DNA of 63,545 nucleotides, counting the filler, from Klebsormidium nitens (taxonomy: Eukaryota; Plantae; Klebsormidiophyceae), in the NCBI GenBank assembly GCA_000708835.1. It is 7 parts of 7 records of this genome, joined end to end, with 100 filler letters (N's around TTAATTAATTAA, not from the genome) between each part and the next. Parts side by side here need not be neighbours in the genome. Positions count along the whole stretch, not along the records: positions 37,180 to 39,294 come from DF238742.1; positions 39,395 to 41,491 come from DF238238.1; positions 41,592 to 43,623 come from DF238758.1; positions 43,724 to 50,602 come from DF238350.1; 3 more parts are not named here. The stretch is one strand, 5' to 3'. The notes beneath the pieces were generated by a model that ran no database searches, had not been told where the DNA came from, and saw only the letters and a program-made list of their open reading frames with translations. The position numbers and the translations under genes were made by a program. The first letter of the stretch is position 1. Each line of letters starts with the position of its first letter. This document shows, in pieces, positions 38,116 through 49,711 of the stretch.

Positions 38116-38293
38116 NNNNNNNNNNNNNNNNNNNNTTTTCTGCATCATCGAGAGAATGAGAAATGCTTCACCGCCCGAACTTCCGCTTATTTGGCATTAT
38201 AAAAGAATAATTGGCAAACAAATTCCAAGATTCAAAGACTGATACACATCCGTTCGAAACAATCAAATTGTTGTATCCGTTGTATCAGTCTGC

Positions 38294-39294
38294 CTATGGG
38301 AGGTTCCCTTGCGCATCCGTCTGTGCTAGCTCCTTCTCAGTCTTCAAACGAATCCCAAAGAAACCTCTAAGCCGCTTCTTACCGTCCATTGTTCGAATCA
38401 AGATGCCGTTTCCCCGCTCCTGTGGGAACCCCTTCAATCGCATCGCTCTTGTCAAACCGTCCCCCGCCATGCCCACATCATGCCCACTTGAGTATAGAAA
38501 GTTTGTGAAGGCCTCAACAAACTCGGTCCTGGTGACGCTTGCCGCCTCTCCCTCAGTCGTTTCCTTAGTAGTGCAAGCCTCGTCTATGAAAACTTGAAGC
38601 TTGTCGTTCTCCGAAGCGTATTCCATTACAGCCGCGCTGGACTCTTCTGGAACTGGCGAAAGAACCTTTGAGGCGGGAGCTAGTGCCCTCTTGGCGTGGT
38701 ACATAATTGCTCCTTGAACGCAAAAGTCCAAAGTGTCCGCTGCTCCTTCGTCCGATTCAAAGTAGGGCTTCCAGGTCACATCGATGGGCTTGTGCATCTT
38801 GTTCGTTGCATCAAGCTCGTGGGGGTTCTTAAACGTGTAGTTGAACATGAGCAACACAAGCCGTCGAATGAGCGCAGTGTCATCGCTTGGAAAGTCCGGC
38901 CTGTAGTTCGTGAACAAACAAAGCTTGAATTGCGGCACGTAACTCTGCGGCTTGCAGAACAGCTCGCGTGCATCGAGCTCGCCGCCACCGGTAGCCTCTT
39001 TCAAAAACGACGTGTGAAGCACCTCTCTTCCTTCCAGTTCGTCGTTGGTGACAAACCTCTTTGTTCGAATTTGCATGAGATGGCTCGAGGCCGCAGAGGC
39101 ATTAGCCTTGAACGTGAGTTTGATGAAGATGGCCTTGTTCCTCGCGCAATTGTAACGTCCAAAGGCCTTTCGGAGTGCTTGCTTCAACACTCCTTTTCCA
39201 TTCGAACCGCTATAACCATTCATGATGACAAACAACTCTTCCAACGTCTCTCCAATAAGACAATAGCCAAAGAACATCTGGAGCCACTCGATCG
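38294..39294 (-). CDS. D5-like SF3 helicase (primase-helicase C-terminus), copy 2, 5'-truncated by gap
   Basis: Walker A GYSGSNGKG, Walker B FVTNDE, LFTN, ALIRRL and a winged-helix-like C-terminus. About 20 substitutions versus copy 1 over ~930 bp (hand count). Confidence 0.85.
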
Positions 39295-40252
39295 NNNNNN
39301 NNNNNNNNNNNNNNNNNNNNNNNNNNNNNNNNNNNNNNTTAATTAATTAANNNNNNNNNNNNNNNNNNNNNNNNNNNNNNNNNNNNNNNNNNNNGATACC
39401 GCACGGCATTGACGATATCGCAGGCTCGTCGCCGCTTCGGTTGTACACCAACGCCTGAACAGGAACGGCATGTCTTCTCAAAACCAAGCTGTTGCTCAAA
39501 GAGATTCCGAGGCAGCATTTCAAATCAGCGGCACAAAACTTGCAGAGTTGCAAACTAAACGAGACTTTTCACATGATCCAACGTTGTCCCTCTTATTTTG
39601 ACCTGATAGGGTATACATTTGAAACTCAACTAATTCACTGCCTGCACATGCTACCTTCGATCTTGTGTTGGATTCAGCATTCTTGTACTGGGGTGGGGCC
39701 CTACCTGCAAGCAGCCCGTTGTCCTCGTCCGCACCCCCAGTTCTGCTTGCTCCCCCACCACCCGTTCCCGCACCTAACAAGAACAACGGAACTGTTTCTG
39801 AAGCCCTTCGGCTATGCAGAATGCCCATCACTACCACAAAGAGGTCCTTTGATCAGATAAGATCACTTTTCTATAGGCGAAGCGGAAGCGCGGACCACAA
39901 CCTCAGCACATAACCTTGAAACACCGAAAGTGCATCCTTGAAGCTTTGACCTGCTTTGCGGTTCCTAGTGAGGAGGCTTCTCATTTCTCACCTGCTTCTG
40001 CCGTATGCCCGCCTGGAGCATCTGCACCCCCTCCTGTATTTTGGGTCCCTGCATTTGCAATGGTTGAGGATTATTGATTTTTTTTCCTTCCAAGAAACTT
40101 AAAAGCGACACAGCATATCCAGCATCTCTAGCCTGCATCCATCCAACATGGCTTCTGCCAAGCTGTGCATTAGCTGACAAAATAATCAGTGCATTAACAG
40201 AACCAAGTTGATGCTGCCACTTTGAAATGAAAGAGCACGCTACGAAACGTAC

Positions 40253-41324
40253 CTGCTCCCGTGTTCAACCCATCCCGCGGCGCAGGAGGCTCCTCGCATT
40301 GCTGCCACCGCGCCACTGCATGCTTGACCACTGTGTGCAGGATCGCCCGCACCTCAATCGACTCGTTGCAAAGAACCGCAGACGTTGTAAGTGCCTTCTC
40401 AAGTTTTTGCTCGGCCACTGGAGGGGTGTTGTTCTCGCAGATGCACTTTGCAGCAGCCATCAGAACCCGAATCAGTGACGGCTTGCAAACAGACGCTGCT
40501 TGCTAAAAGGTCACGCCGTCTGGCCACCAAGGAGGACTTCCCTTGAAGTTATCCAAGGGAAAGGCCTTCAACGATGGCTCACAGCGCTTGAACCAGCCCG
40601 ACGCCAGTGACGAGAGCTGCTTCTGGCCCAATTTGTCTAGAAGCACAGCCAGGTCCAAGGCAGCGTACCGGGGAAGGGCTTGCTGCATTGCACCAGTGTT
40701 TGTTAAGTGAACTTTCAAAGCCTCTCCTCGGTACTTTCTAGCCATCCACTCCGCCATGCTTTCAGCCCCCCCAATCTGCAGCTTCCCTGAAGCCGTGGTG
40801 TAACCGTAACACCAGCAAGTCACTGATAATCCACTCTCCATTTCAGCGAAGTACTTTCGGATCATCCGCTCTTTTGCCGCCGTTCGCTTCTGAATGACTG
40901 CCGGTGTTGCCTTCTTGCGCTGCTTTCCTTTGCAGGCCCCGCGCAAGGCTTGCCCCCCTAACCCTCGGTCTTCCCCCTCCTCGCCTTGCTCTTGCTCCTC
41001 ATCTTCTACCTCTGCTGTACGGTCAATGACTGTTTGAATGGCCGAGAGTCTCAACTCCAGCTCCGCAGTTGGCTGCTTCCTAGCCTCCCTCAAAAAACGT
41101 TCAAAGACACCACTTTCTAGTGAGTCCTCTTGCTGATCTTTGTCCTCTTCTCTGTCTTGTTCCTTGGGTTCTGCCTCGCTTTGGGCCTGAGCGAGCTCCT
41201 CACTGGCATCAGATACCTCTTCCACTTCTCCGTCCCGGTGAGGTGGCTTTCCTTCCAAGTGGCTGGCAGGCCAAGAGCCACACTTGCACTGATCAATGCA
41301 TTTACGTTGGCCCTTCCTTGTCAC
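40253..41324 (-). pseudogene. PPWWP-motif DNA-binding-domain protein (NRF1/EWG-, EIN3- or DUF2841-like), one in-frame TAG
   Basis: RMIRKYFAEM...RKYRGEAL...LLDKLGQKQL...WFKRCEP...PPWWPDGVTF*QAASVCKPSLIRVLMAAAKC. The frame stays open after TAG 40503-40505 to a GT donor at 40252. Confidence 0.5.
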
Positions 41325-41969
41325 AAGCGCCTTCCAGCTGCTGTCTGCACCCTAGGCTTGGAAAACTTGAAAGAAACAATGGAATCTGGGGCCAGCACAG
41401 CTTTCAAATTTGTAGGGCGGGACGAACCCGTGCGTCTGGACTCATCGGCCCGATTTGTCCGCAGTTCAGGGTTTCCCATCGGGANACCCTANNNNNNNNN
41501 NNNNNNNNNNNNNNNNNNNNNNNNNNNNNNNNNNNTTAATTAATTAANNNNNNNNNNNNNNNNNNNNNNNNNNNNNNNNNNNNNNNNNNNNCCTACCAAA
41601 TGAAGTTCGGAGTTAAATAAACGGCCAGGATCCGCCCGGTCGGATCGGACGGCGCACGTTCGACAATGGTCGTGCCGGATCTGGCAGTGACGCTAAAATG
41701 TATTGCATGTACCGGAGAGGACTGCCACGTCACCACCCCTGCGAAGGTTCTCGAGACATTTCGAAACCTCGGGCGTCGAACCATCGGAACTTAGGGCTAA
41801 GCGACCGGGACCACCGGCCGAGGTCGGGCTTTAGGTACTTAGGGAGAGGGCGTCGGGCCAAATAGGCAAGTTCGAGGGCCCGGTAAAATCGGACCGGGGA
41901 GCAGGAGGCACGATAGAGGCGCACGGGGCTTAGGAAGATCCGGCCCCCTCAGAGTAGGCCAAGGAAAGG

Positions 41970-43623
41970 GTGGTAACGATGGAGTCTCAAGCTAGTCTTC
42001 AGCATTTCAGCAGTAGGCTTGGCCACATTGAGCAAGGTAGCCTGAGGGGGATCACCTCAGGTGAAATCAGGGTTGGCATTGAGAGTTGCAAGGAGCGTGT
42101 TGCTTTCAGATGCCTGACGTGCATGCATCAGATCTGGGTGAAGAGCAAGGGGGTTGCAGGCCTCATGACGCTCGCATGGCGCAAGAGCGACCGCGGCGTG
42201 CTGATGGGCTACCTGATTAGCGCTGGGATCCCCAAGGGGAAGCAATGCAAGCAGGTTGTGTGTTTGAGCTGCATGAACAGGCTGCTCGCTGTGGTGGCAG
42301 AGAGCGCAGATGGGTTGTCGGTCACGTTAAGTGGCAGGAAGGATGGTGGGCAAGACACGCCCATCTTGCGGCGGCAGAGGGGGGAAGGGCCTTGGAACCA
42401 AAGTTTCGAGCTCACGGACGATGTGCTGAGCTTCCTTTGTCGAGAGAATGCAACGACAGGACTGGGGCAGAGGCCAGTAGCCACGGCGGCGACCCAGATC
42501 GGCGATCGAGGCATGGCGAAGGGTGTGCGGCCGAGGGTGAAGGGCGCTTCAGAGGAGACGAGCCCTGAGGTGAGCTTGCACATCCTTTTTCTTGATTAAT
42601 ATCAGACCAAAATGTCTAGCACTGCAGTCACCTGTTGCCCAGCTCGTTCTAAATGCCATCGATGCTACATAGCACGGGCAAGTTGTCGACAGCGACATGG
42701 GAGAGAGTTTAAGATTCTGCTGAAGTTGCTCTACAACGACTCTGAATTGTGCGGTCACAAGATATCTCAATTGTTTGAATCCAGAGACACTGACTCAATG
42801 GGCTCCGTACTTGTAACCTTGCCTGACGATGGCAGGGAGGTCCGTCTGTAAGACCTGCTCCCGCCTTGTGTTGCAGGGGGCTGTTTTAGGCATAAAGGAG
42901 CAGGCGGTGCGGTACCTCGTGATGATGACGTCTCCCAAGGAGTCGGTTCGCGTCTTCCTCCCAACAGGGTCGGCGTCCCCTCCGCTTAGGCTCTACATGT
43001 CGGCGTGGGATCACAATGGAGAGGGCCGGCCAAAAGGGCTTGGGAAGCCATCCAAGACCCACGCGCTCCCAGAGACCGTCTGGTGGAGCGCGCTCGGCGA
43101 GCTCTGCTGTACGTGCCACCGGGGCCGGCTGCTGGAGGACGCTCCTTGTGTCCACAAGCTGGCAATGGCGGCCCTCAGCGAAAGCTGGACCTCGACCGCG
43201 GAGCTGCCTACTCACGACTTGCTTGGCAGGGGGGCGAAGGTGGAGCGGGTTGGCTCGGATGAGACGGGGAGCTACTTTGCGGTGGCCGACAACCTCCAAG
43301 GGCCGCCTAGCCCGCAGAGACGCATGGTCTTCCGCAGCAGCAAGGGGGCTTGGTATTGCGAGGGGAAGCGCGACGGGTGCCCGAGCCTCACCGACTGCTC
43401 GCACGTCATAGCGGCAAAGGCGGCTCTGAGGGTTGAGAAAGACGTTTCCGTGGCGGACCAGCTGGTGTTGAGGCTGTCGGAACCCTTGTCGATGGCGGCG
43501 CTAAGCTGGCTCGAGCGGTGGAACGGAGAATTGCCAAAGATTGGAGTCCTCCCCGCCGTGGGCACCTCCTCGCAGGGGGGAGGTGATGCGGTGCTGTCGC
43601 AGGAAAAGCGGTATCTTGTTGGC
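41970..43623 (+). CDS. Double SWIM-type zinc-finger protein, probable N-terminal half of a DNA transposase (Zisupton/KDZ- or MULE-like); truncated by gap
   Basis: CTCHRGRLLEDAPCVH (~43105-43157) and YCEGKRDGCPSLTDCSH (~43353-43405). Predicted GT-AG introns 42570-42605 and 42840-42876 join three ORFs in frame. No catalytic domain is visible before the gap. Confidence 0.55.
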
Positions 43624-44473
43624 NNNNNNNNNNNNNNNNNNNNNNNNNNNNNNNNNNNNNNNNNNNNTTAATTAATTAANNNNNNNNNNNNNNNNNNNNN
43701 NNNNNNNNNNNNNNNNNNNNNNNACTGAGCCTCTTAAGCTATCAGTATAGATCTGGACTAGGGGTGTGATTCTACTTGAATGAGTCTAGCATAGCAAACG
43801 GATCGAAAAGCTTTAGCGCCGCTAGATTTCAAACACATATATATATTGGGTGAACATGATCATCTGATCATTCATTCCCAACAACGCTGTGTTTCACCAG
43901 AAACCAAATTCCTCTGAAACGCTTAAATCCTCGGTGTAGAAGCGCACGTAAGCCATGCATCAGTGGGCGAACTTACGCGGCAACCTTTCTTGGAATCGGT
44001 GAGCTCGTAGACTCTCGAGCTAGGCCACATTGACGTTTGCGGGCGGATGTCGGTGCCTTTATTGAGGGGCGACCGGGATTTTGCCACCAATTTTAACTAC
44101 TACAGCAAGCTCTCGATTGTGGTTTCCATAAGGAGAAGGGCGAGGTGGTCAGCTGACTGTGCACTCGGTCAACCAATCGGAGTTGCATATTGGGCAAGAA
44201 GCTCAAGTCGGTGCGGACAGAGGGGGGAAAGGGGTACCTCCAAGCCCTCAAGGACGTCTCTAGAGGAAAGGGGACGGCCCGCACGAGAAGGTCGCCCCGT
44301 AAAAGGCCGAGCAAAACTGGTCGACACAGCGGCTCAATTGGCATGGGAGAGGGTCCTGCCGATACTCAAGGATGGGCTGCCCAAAGAGCTATGGGGGGAG
44401 GCCGTGTTTGAATTCGGTGTTTCCGGTCAGCCGAATCACTATTGTGAGGGTTCGGCCCGAGTTAGGGTTTGGA

Positions 44474-44965
44474 TGTTGAAAGCAAGCGCCTCTCAAGTTC
44501 ACAACTACTAGAGATGAGTTTCCATTTCATGGCAATGTCCAAGGCATTCCAAATCCGTGAGTAGGTGACCCTAGCCTTACTAGTCTAGTCCACCTCTACC
44601 GGGCACTAGCCGGTTCAACTATATGAAGTCCTATCCAAGTGACCGGGTCACTATATGACGCACTCGGGTCACTATACGACTCGCTATACGGGTTGATTAC
44701 CAGTCGGACTTGTGGTCGGCAGTACTATACCGAGGTGGTCGGTAGTACCGTACTACTAGGTCCGATCAGGGCTACTACACACAAGTGGTCGGAACTCCTA
44801 AATCACTCGACTCGACTCACGATCGGACGGTCGATATTGCGTGAATACACACCAAATAAGTTGCCATCCTACGGTCGATACTCGGCCTACCGAAGCCTCA
44901 ATCGGCGGCTACGAATTGTCTAGGATATTAGGCGTACTCACTCAAGTAACGCCCAAATCTCAACA
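44474..44965 (-). mobile_element. Solo copia-type LTR Y, reverse orientation
   Basis: TGTTGA...TCAACA termini, perfect TSD TTGGA (44469-44473, 44966-44970), and reverse-complement similarity to the LTRs of element Z. Confidence 0.88.
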
Positions 44966-45375
44966 TTGGACTAGTAAGAACTGGCGCGCATGCATGGCGA
45001 TTGGACGGTTAAGCGTTAGGCAATTTGGAGGTTAGGCGAATGAGAGCGACCGTCGGGTAAGCCGAAGATGAGTAGGTACATCGAAGGCTAAGATTGGGTG
45101 TGACGGGGGTATGACTGTGAGTAGTAGGCTAGTGAGCGCTAAGTAGAGTGTAACTTAAGCTAGTGAGTTTAGTAGGCTAGTGAGCCTGGTGGAACGGGAG
45201 AGACCCGTAAGATTCATAGTGGTGGAAATCACTAATGATACATCATTCTAAGAGAAGTTTGTAGAGAGAAGGAACCTAGATTTGTGAGGTGCTTCGTATG
45301 TTCCTCTTAGAATGCATGGCGGCCTTCAATAAGTGATGAGCAGGGGTGCCGAGCAACACGATAAGCCCCGATCAC

Positions 45376-48300
45376 TGTTGAGAAATGCAGTTGATTGACG
45401 GCCAGATTGTTGAGTTAGGCTCGATAGATTTGAGCCGTAGGATCGTGAGTTTTTGTCGGCGTGTAATATCCACCGTAAGATTTTGGTTTGTGTCGTGTAG
45501 CATCGACTGTAGAATTGGAGGTTTTTTATCGTTGAGTGTCGACCGTCGGATTGCGTGTTGATTCGGAATGTGGATCGTTAGATGTGAGTCGACTCGGGTA
45601 GTATAGTACCCCGACCACTAGTAGTACGGTACTACCGACCATCAGTAGTATAGTGCCCCGGTCACAAACCCGAGTGTAATATAGGCCGTATTGTGAGTAC
45701 TAGAGTGACCGATTGATGGAAAGGAGTCCATATAGTTGAACCGACTAGTGGGTGGTGGAAGTAGACCCGACTTCGGCTACTACCTAAGAGTACACCTAGC
45801 TACGAGATTGGAGTGACTTTGGACTAATGTCATGTGATGATAATCATTCTAAGATGCTTGAAGAGAGGAAAGCGCTTCTTTGTGAAGGCGCTTGTGTTCG
45901 AGGGTGGTTAGACCCTACCTTGTGACAAGCATGAGTGAACATTTCAACAGGTTATGGGCCCACACGCGCTACTCTAGGTAAAAAGGGATGAAGCGGTCGG
46001 TGTGAGGAGGAAAAAGGGAGCGAGCTGGGGTGCGGCGAGGAAACCGTTACCGTGAAGAAAATGGCGGGGTTGGATAAGCCCACGCGCGCATCCCGGTTTT
46101 GGGGGGGGAGGATTGGTCAACATGGAAGGAGAAGTTCAAGGCTCTTTTTGGTGTACGAAAGCCTCTATATGGCAAACGAAAGTCCGGACTCTGCGGAAGG
46201 CCGGAAAGCGTCGGACCAAGCTAGGTCCTTGATGATTATGCACACGGTGGATGCATATATGAAGTTGTTTGCCGGAGCGGACACGGCGGTGAGGGCATGG
46301 AGGAAGCTCCATGATAACTTTGAGATGACGAGCAATGCAAGGGTGTTCAACTAAGGAAGAAGTTGACAAGCTTGGTGTTGACGCCGGGGTAGAGCGTCGC
46401 GGAGTACGTGGGAGAGTTCCGCGAGATCAAGATGGATTTGGAGACGGCGGGTTAAACCGTTTCCGAAGTAGAGTTGGCGGTTCATGCTTTGAATGGGTTG
46501 CCAAAAGCGTATGCAACTCTAGTGGCCCAGTATCTAGACTTGAGTGACACGGAGTTGACATTGGATACGCTTCAACCAATGCTCATGCAAAAGGAGCAAA
46601 CGTTGAAGAGCTTGGAGGTGGAGGTAGAAGGTCCGGACAAAGAAAAGGATAAGAATGCGGAAGGGAATTTCTTGCTAAGCAGGAACGGTATGGGGTAACC
46701 GCTGTCAAGGGGTCAAGCGAGCGGGGACTCACCAGCGGGGAAGGAGGAACGCCCCGTACACGAGAACTTGCTACACTTGCGGCGAGAAGGGCCACGTTCG
46801 GGCCTCTTGCCGGGATGGTGCAAGAAGCGGCAGTGAGGACCGACCGGGCCGGAAGGAGTTTGCCGGTGCACGGGACCGCTACGGTGCAAAATCGCTCCGC
46901 GGCAATTTCCCCGGTACTTCAAACTTACGGTGGTCGGGCCCCGCACATTTGCGACTGTACGACCGAATTTCGGGTGCCGATTTTCCGGCGGTCTGTGGGT
47001 ACCCGCAACGGTGCTCGTACGATATTTGCCCCAGAATATCACATATTCCCACCAATTTATCGAATCATGTAGGAAATTGGCCCTAAAATTGGGCCTTAAA
47101 AATGACACTGTAGGAGCTTCAATAGGCAAGATACACCAGCGACACTTGGGGCTATGCTTGGGGGTAGTGTTTACAACAGTTCTATAATAGTGTTATAGTG
47201 GGGATTACTAGGTTTTGGATCAAGTTCCAAGCTCAATTTGACAAGAAGGTAGAGCAAAAGGAGCCATTTTTTGGACACCATATTTTGTAGGAGGAAAGGG
47301 GAACTTTTACATCATCTTGAGATTTCTGAGGGAACGCGAGTTGTACCCGGATTAGGCAACTTCGACACCGCCACACGTTCGGTGATGACTTGGCAGGGCC
47401 GGAAGAAGTCACGGTACCTAAACGGTACTACCCGGTACGGCAATCATTAAGCACCGGGCTAGATTGTACCGGTAGATGTTGACCTACCGCGGTAGCGACT
47501 GATCAGACCGCCGTAGGTACTGAACTACGGTACGCAAAACCCGAATGTACCAAATTGTACGCTACAAAACGGCCGGGGTGACTGAGAAGCCTTTCCGGGG
47601 CTCGGTGAAAGCTCGAGGCTTAGTCATATACAACAAACGGGATACGCGAGTTGTCCCGGTAAGCATTTTGCCAATGCAGAGTACTCAGATGTAAACGTGT
47701 CCCNNNNNNNNNNNNNNNNNNNNNNNNNNNNNNNNNNNNNNNNNNNNNNNNNNNNNNNNNNNNNNNNNNNNNNNNNNNNNNNNNNNNNNNNNNNNNNNNN
47801 NNNNNNNNNNNNNNNNNNNNNNNNNNNNNNNNNNNNNNNNNNNNNNNNNNNNNNNNNNNNNNNNNNNNNNNNNNNNNNNNNNNNNNNNNNNNNNNNNNNN
47901 NNNNNNNNNNNNNNNNNNNNNNNNNNNNNNNNNNNNNNNNNNNNNNNNNNNNNNNNNNNNNNNNNNNNNNNNNNNNNNNNNNNNNNNNNNNNNNNNNNNN
48001 NNNNNNNNNNNNNNAAACCGGTGCCTCATGCGGCAGCAGCGCTGTACATTGTACTCCACGGGTTGACTGCTGCGTTACGTTTATGCTCAACCGATTCTTT
48101 ACCTTTCGGGGCATTTCGAAGTGAGCCTAATTTGGGCTAAACCGGGGCGAAAAGCCCAGCATATTAGGGCAATTTACTGCCAAGGACAATTTTCGCCGGC
48201 CCGGAGACTCGGGCGACGAGCCCGCACGGTAAATTTCATTTGGTACGAATACTCGGCCAAACTTCCGCGCCGCAGCCCGGTTGGCGGGTGTGTGGCTCGT

Positions 48301-49711
48301 TGACTCGGGGAGCACCCAACACATTACGGCGGAGAAGAGCCAATTTGTGCAAGCTACGAGAGGCTTGCGCGTACGGAGAGGATAGAGGGGCTCCGAGGAG
48401 AAGCCTTGACGGCGGTGGGAATCGAAAAAGTTGTCTTGGAGTGTGAGAAGCCAATCGGGGCGAGCACGGTAACCTTGAATGAGGCACGTTCTCGGAGCGA
48501 GGGCGAACTTGTTTGCTATGCGGAGAGCAACGGACGCGAGAGCAAGGGTCTCCTTTGAAAGGGGAGTAGCCCGGTTCGAGATGGGAGGTGTGGTGAAAAC
48601 AGAGGCGGTACAACACGGCGGGTTGTGGGAGATTGCATCGGTGAAGAAGGCGCGGGCATTCGTGGCCGCCGGTCAACGGCCCGGCCAAAAAGGAGTTTCG
48701 GTTAGGAGAGGGGTGAAGGAAGCCGCCGGTAGTTGCGGAGAGAAAGCGGGTGGAGGTGAAGCCGGCCAAATTCATTGAGGTTGACCTTGAGTCGGACGAT
48801 GAGTCGGACGACGGGGTAGAGAAGTCTCAACCGGTGGATGCGAGCGTTGGAGAGACGGAGCCGGTGACCGAGGAACACGGCACGACGGAAGCCGTGGAAG
48901 CCGGAGCAGAAGGCATGGGAGCCGCAACGAAAGGCGTGGAAGCACGGGCGAAGATAGCTTTGAAGGAGACGGACGGGTGGTATCGTTGGACATGGGCGGC
49001 AAACGTTATTCGGATAGAGCGCGAGCGGCACCCGTCAACTTTTGCGAGACGCCAACCGAGAAGGGGTGGATCACGCCAAGGTCCAAGAAGAGAGCGGGTA
49101 GAAGAGGCTAGGTGTGAGCGGGACAATTTGTCCGCGTGGGAGTGTTGAGAGATTAAATTGATTGACGGCCAAATTGTTGAGTTAGGGTCGATAGATTTGA
49201 GCCGTAGGATCGTGACTTTTTGTCGTGTAATAAATCCACCGTTGGATTGTGGTTTGTGTCGTGTACTGTCGGCTGTAGACTTGGAGGTTTTATCGTTGGG
49301 TGTCGACCGTCGGATTGCGTGTTGATTCGGAATGTGGATCGTTAGATGTGAGTCGACTCGAGTAGTATAGTACCCGACCACTAGTAGTACGGTACTACCG
49401 ACCACTAGTAGAATAGTGCCCCGATCTCAAATCCGAGTGGACTATAGGCCGTATTGTGAGTACTAGAGTGACCGGTTGATTGAAAGGAGTCCATATAGTT
49501 GAAAAGACTAGTGGGTGGTGGAAGTAGACCCGGCCTAGGCAAGAGCACATCTAGCTACGGGATTGGAGTGACTTTAAACGAATGTTGTGCAATGATATTC
49601 AATCTAAAATGCTTGAAGAGAGGAAAGCGCTTCTTTGTAAAGGCGCTTGTATTTGTATTTAAGGGTGGTTAGACCGTACCTTGTGACAAGCATGAATGAA
49701 TGCTTTCAACA
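45376..49711 (+). mobile_element. Ty1/copia element Z, two LTRs, internally deleted (gag + protease; no integrase core, RT or RNase H)
   Basis: LTRs 45376-45949 and 49143-49711 (TGTTGA...TTCAACA). PBS GGTTATGGGCCCA at 45950; PPT ...GTGGGAG. TSD ATCAC/ATAAC (4/5). gag LNGLPKAY, knuckle CYTCGEKGHVRASC, protease WLVDSGSTQHIT. Confidence 0.9.
46869..48283. mobile_element. Non-coding DNA-transposon-like insertion inside copia Z (contains an N-gap)
   Basis: Flanked by GCCGGTG/GCGGGTG (6/7). Removal restores KEFAGVWLVDSG in frame. Termini are weakly inverted. Confidence 0.65.
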
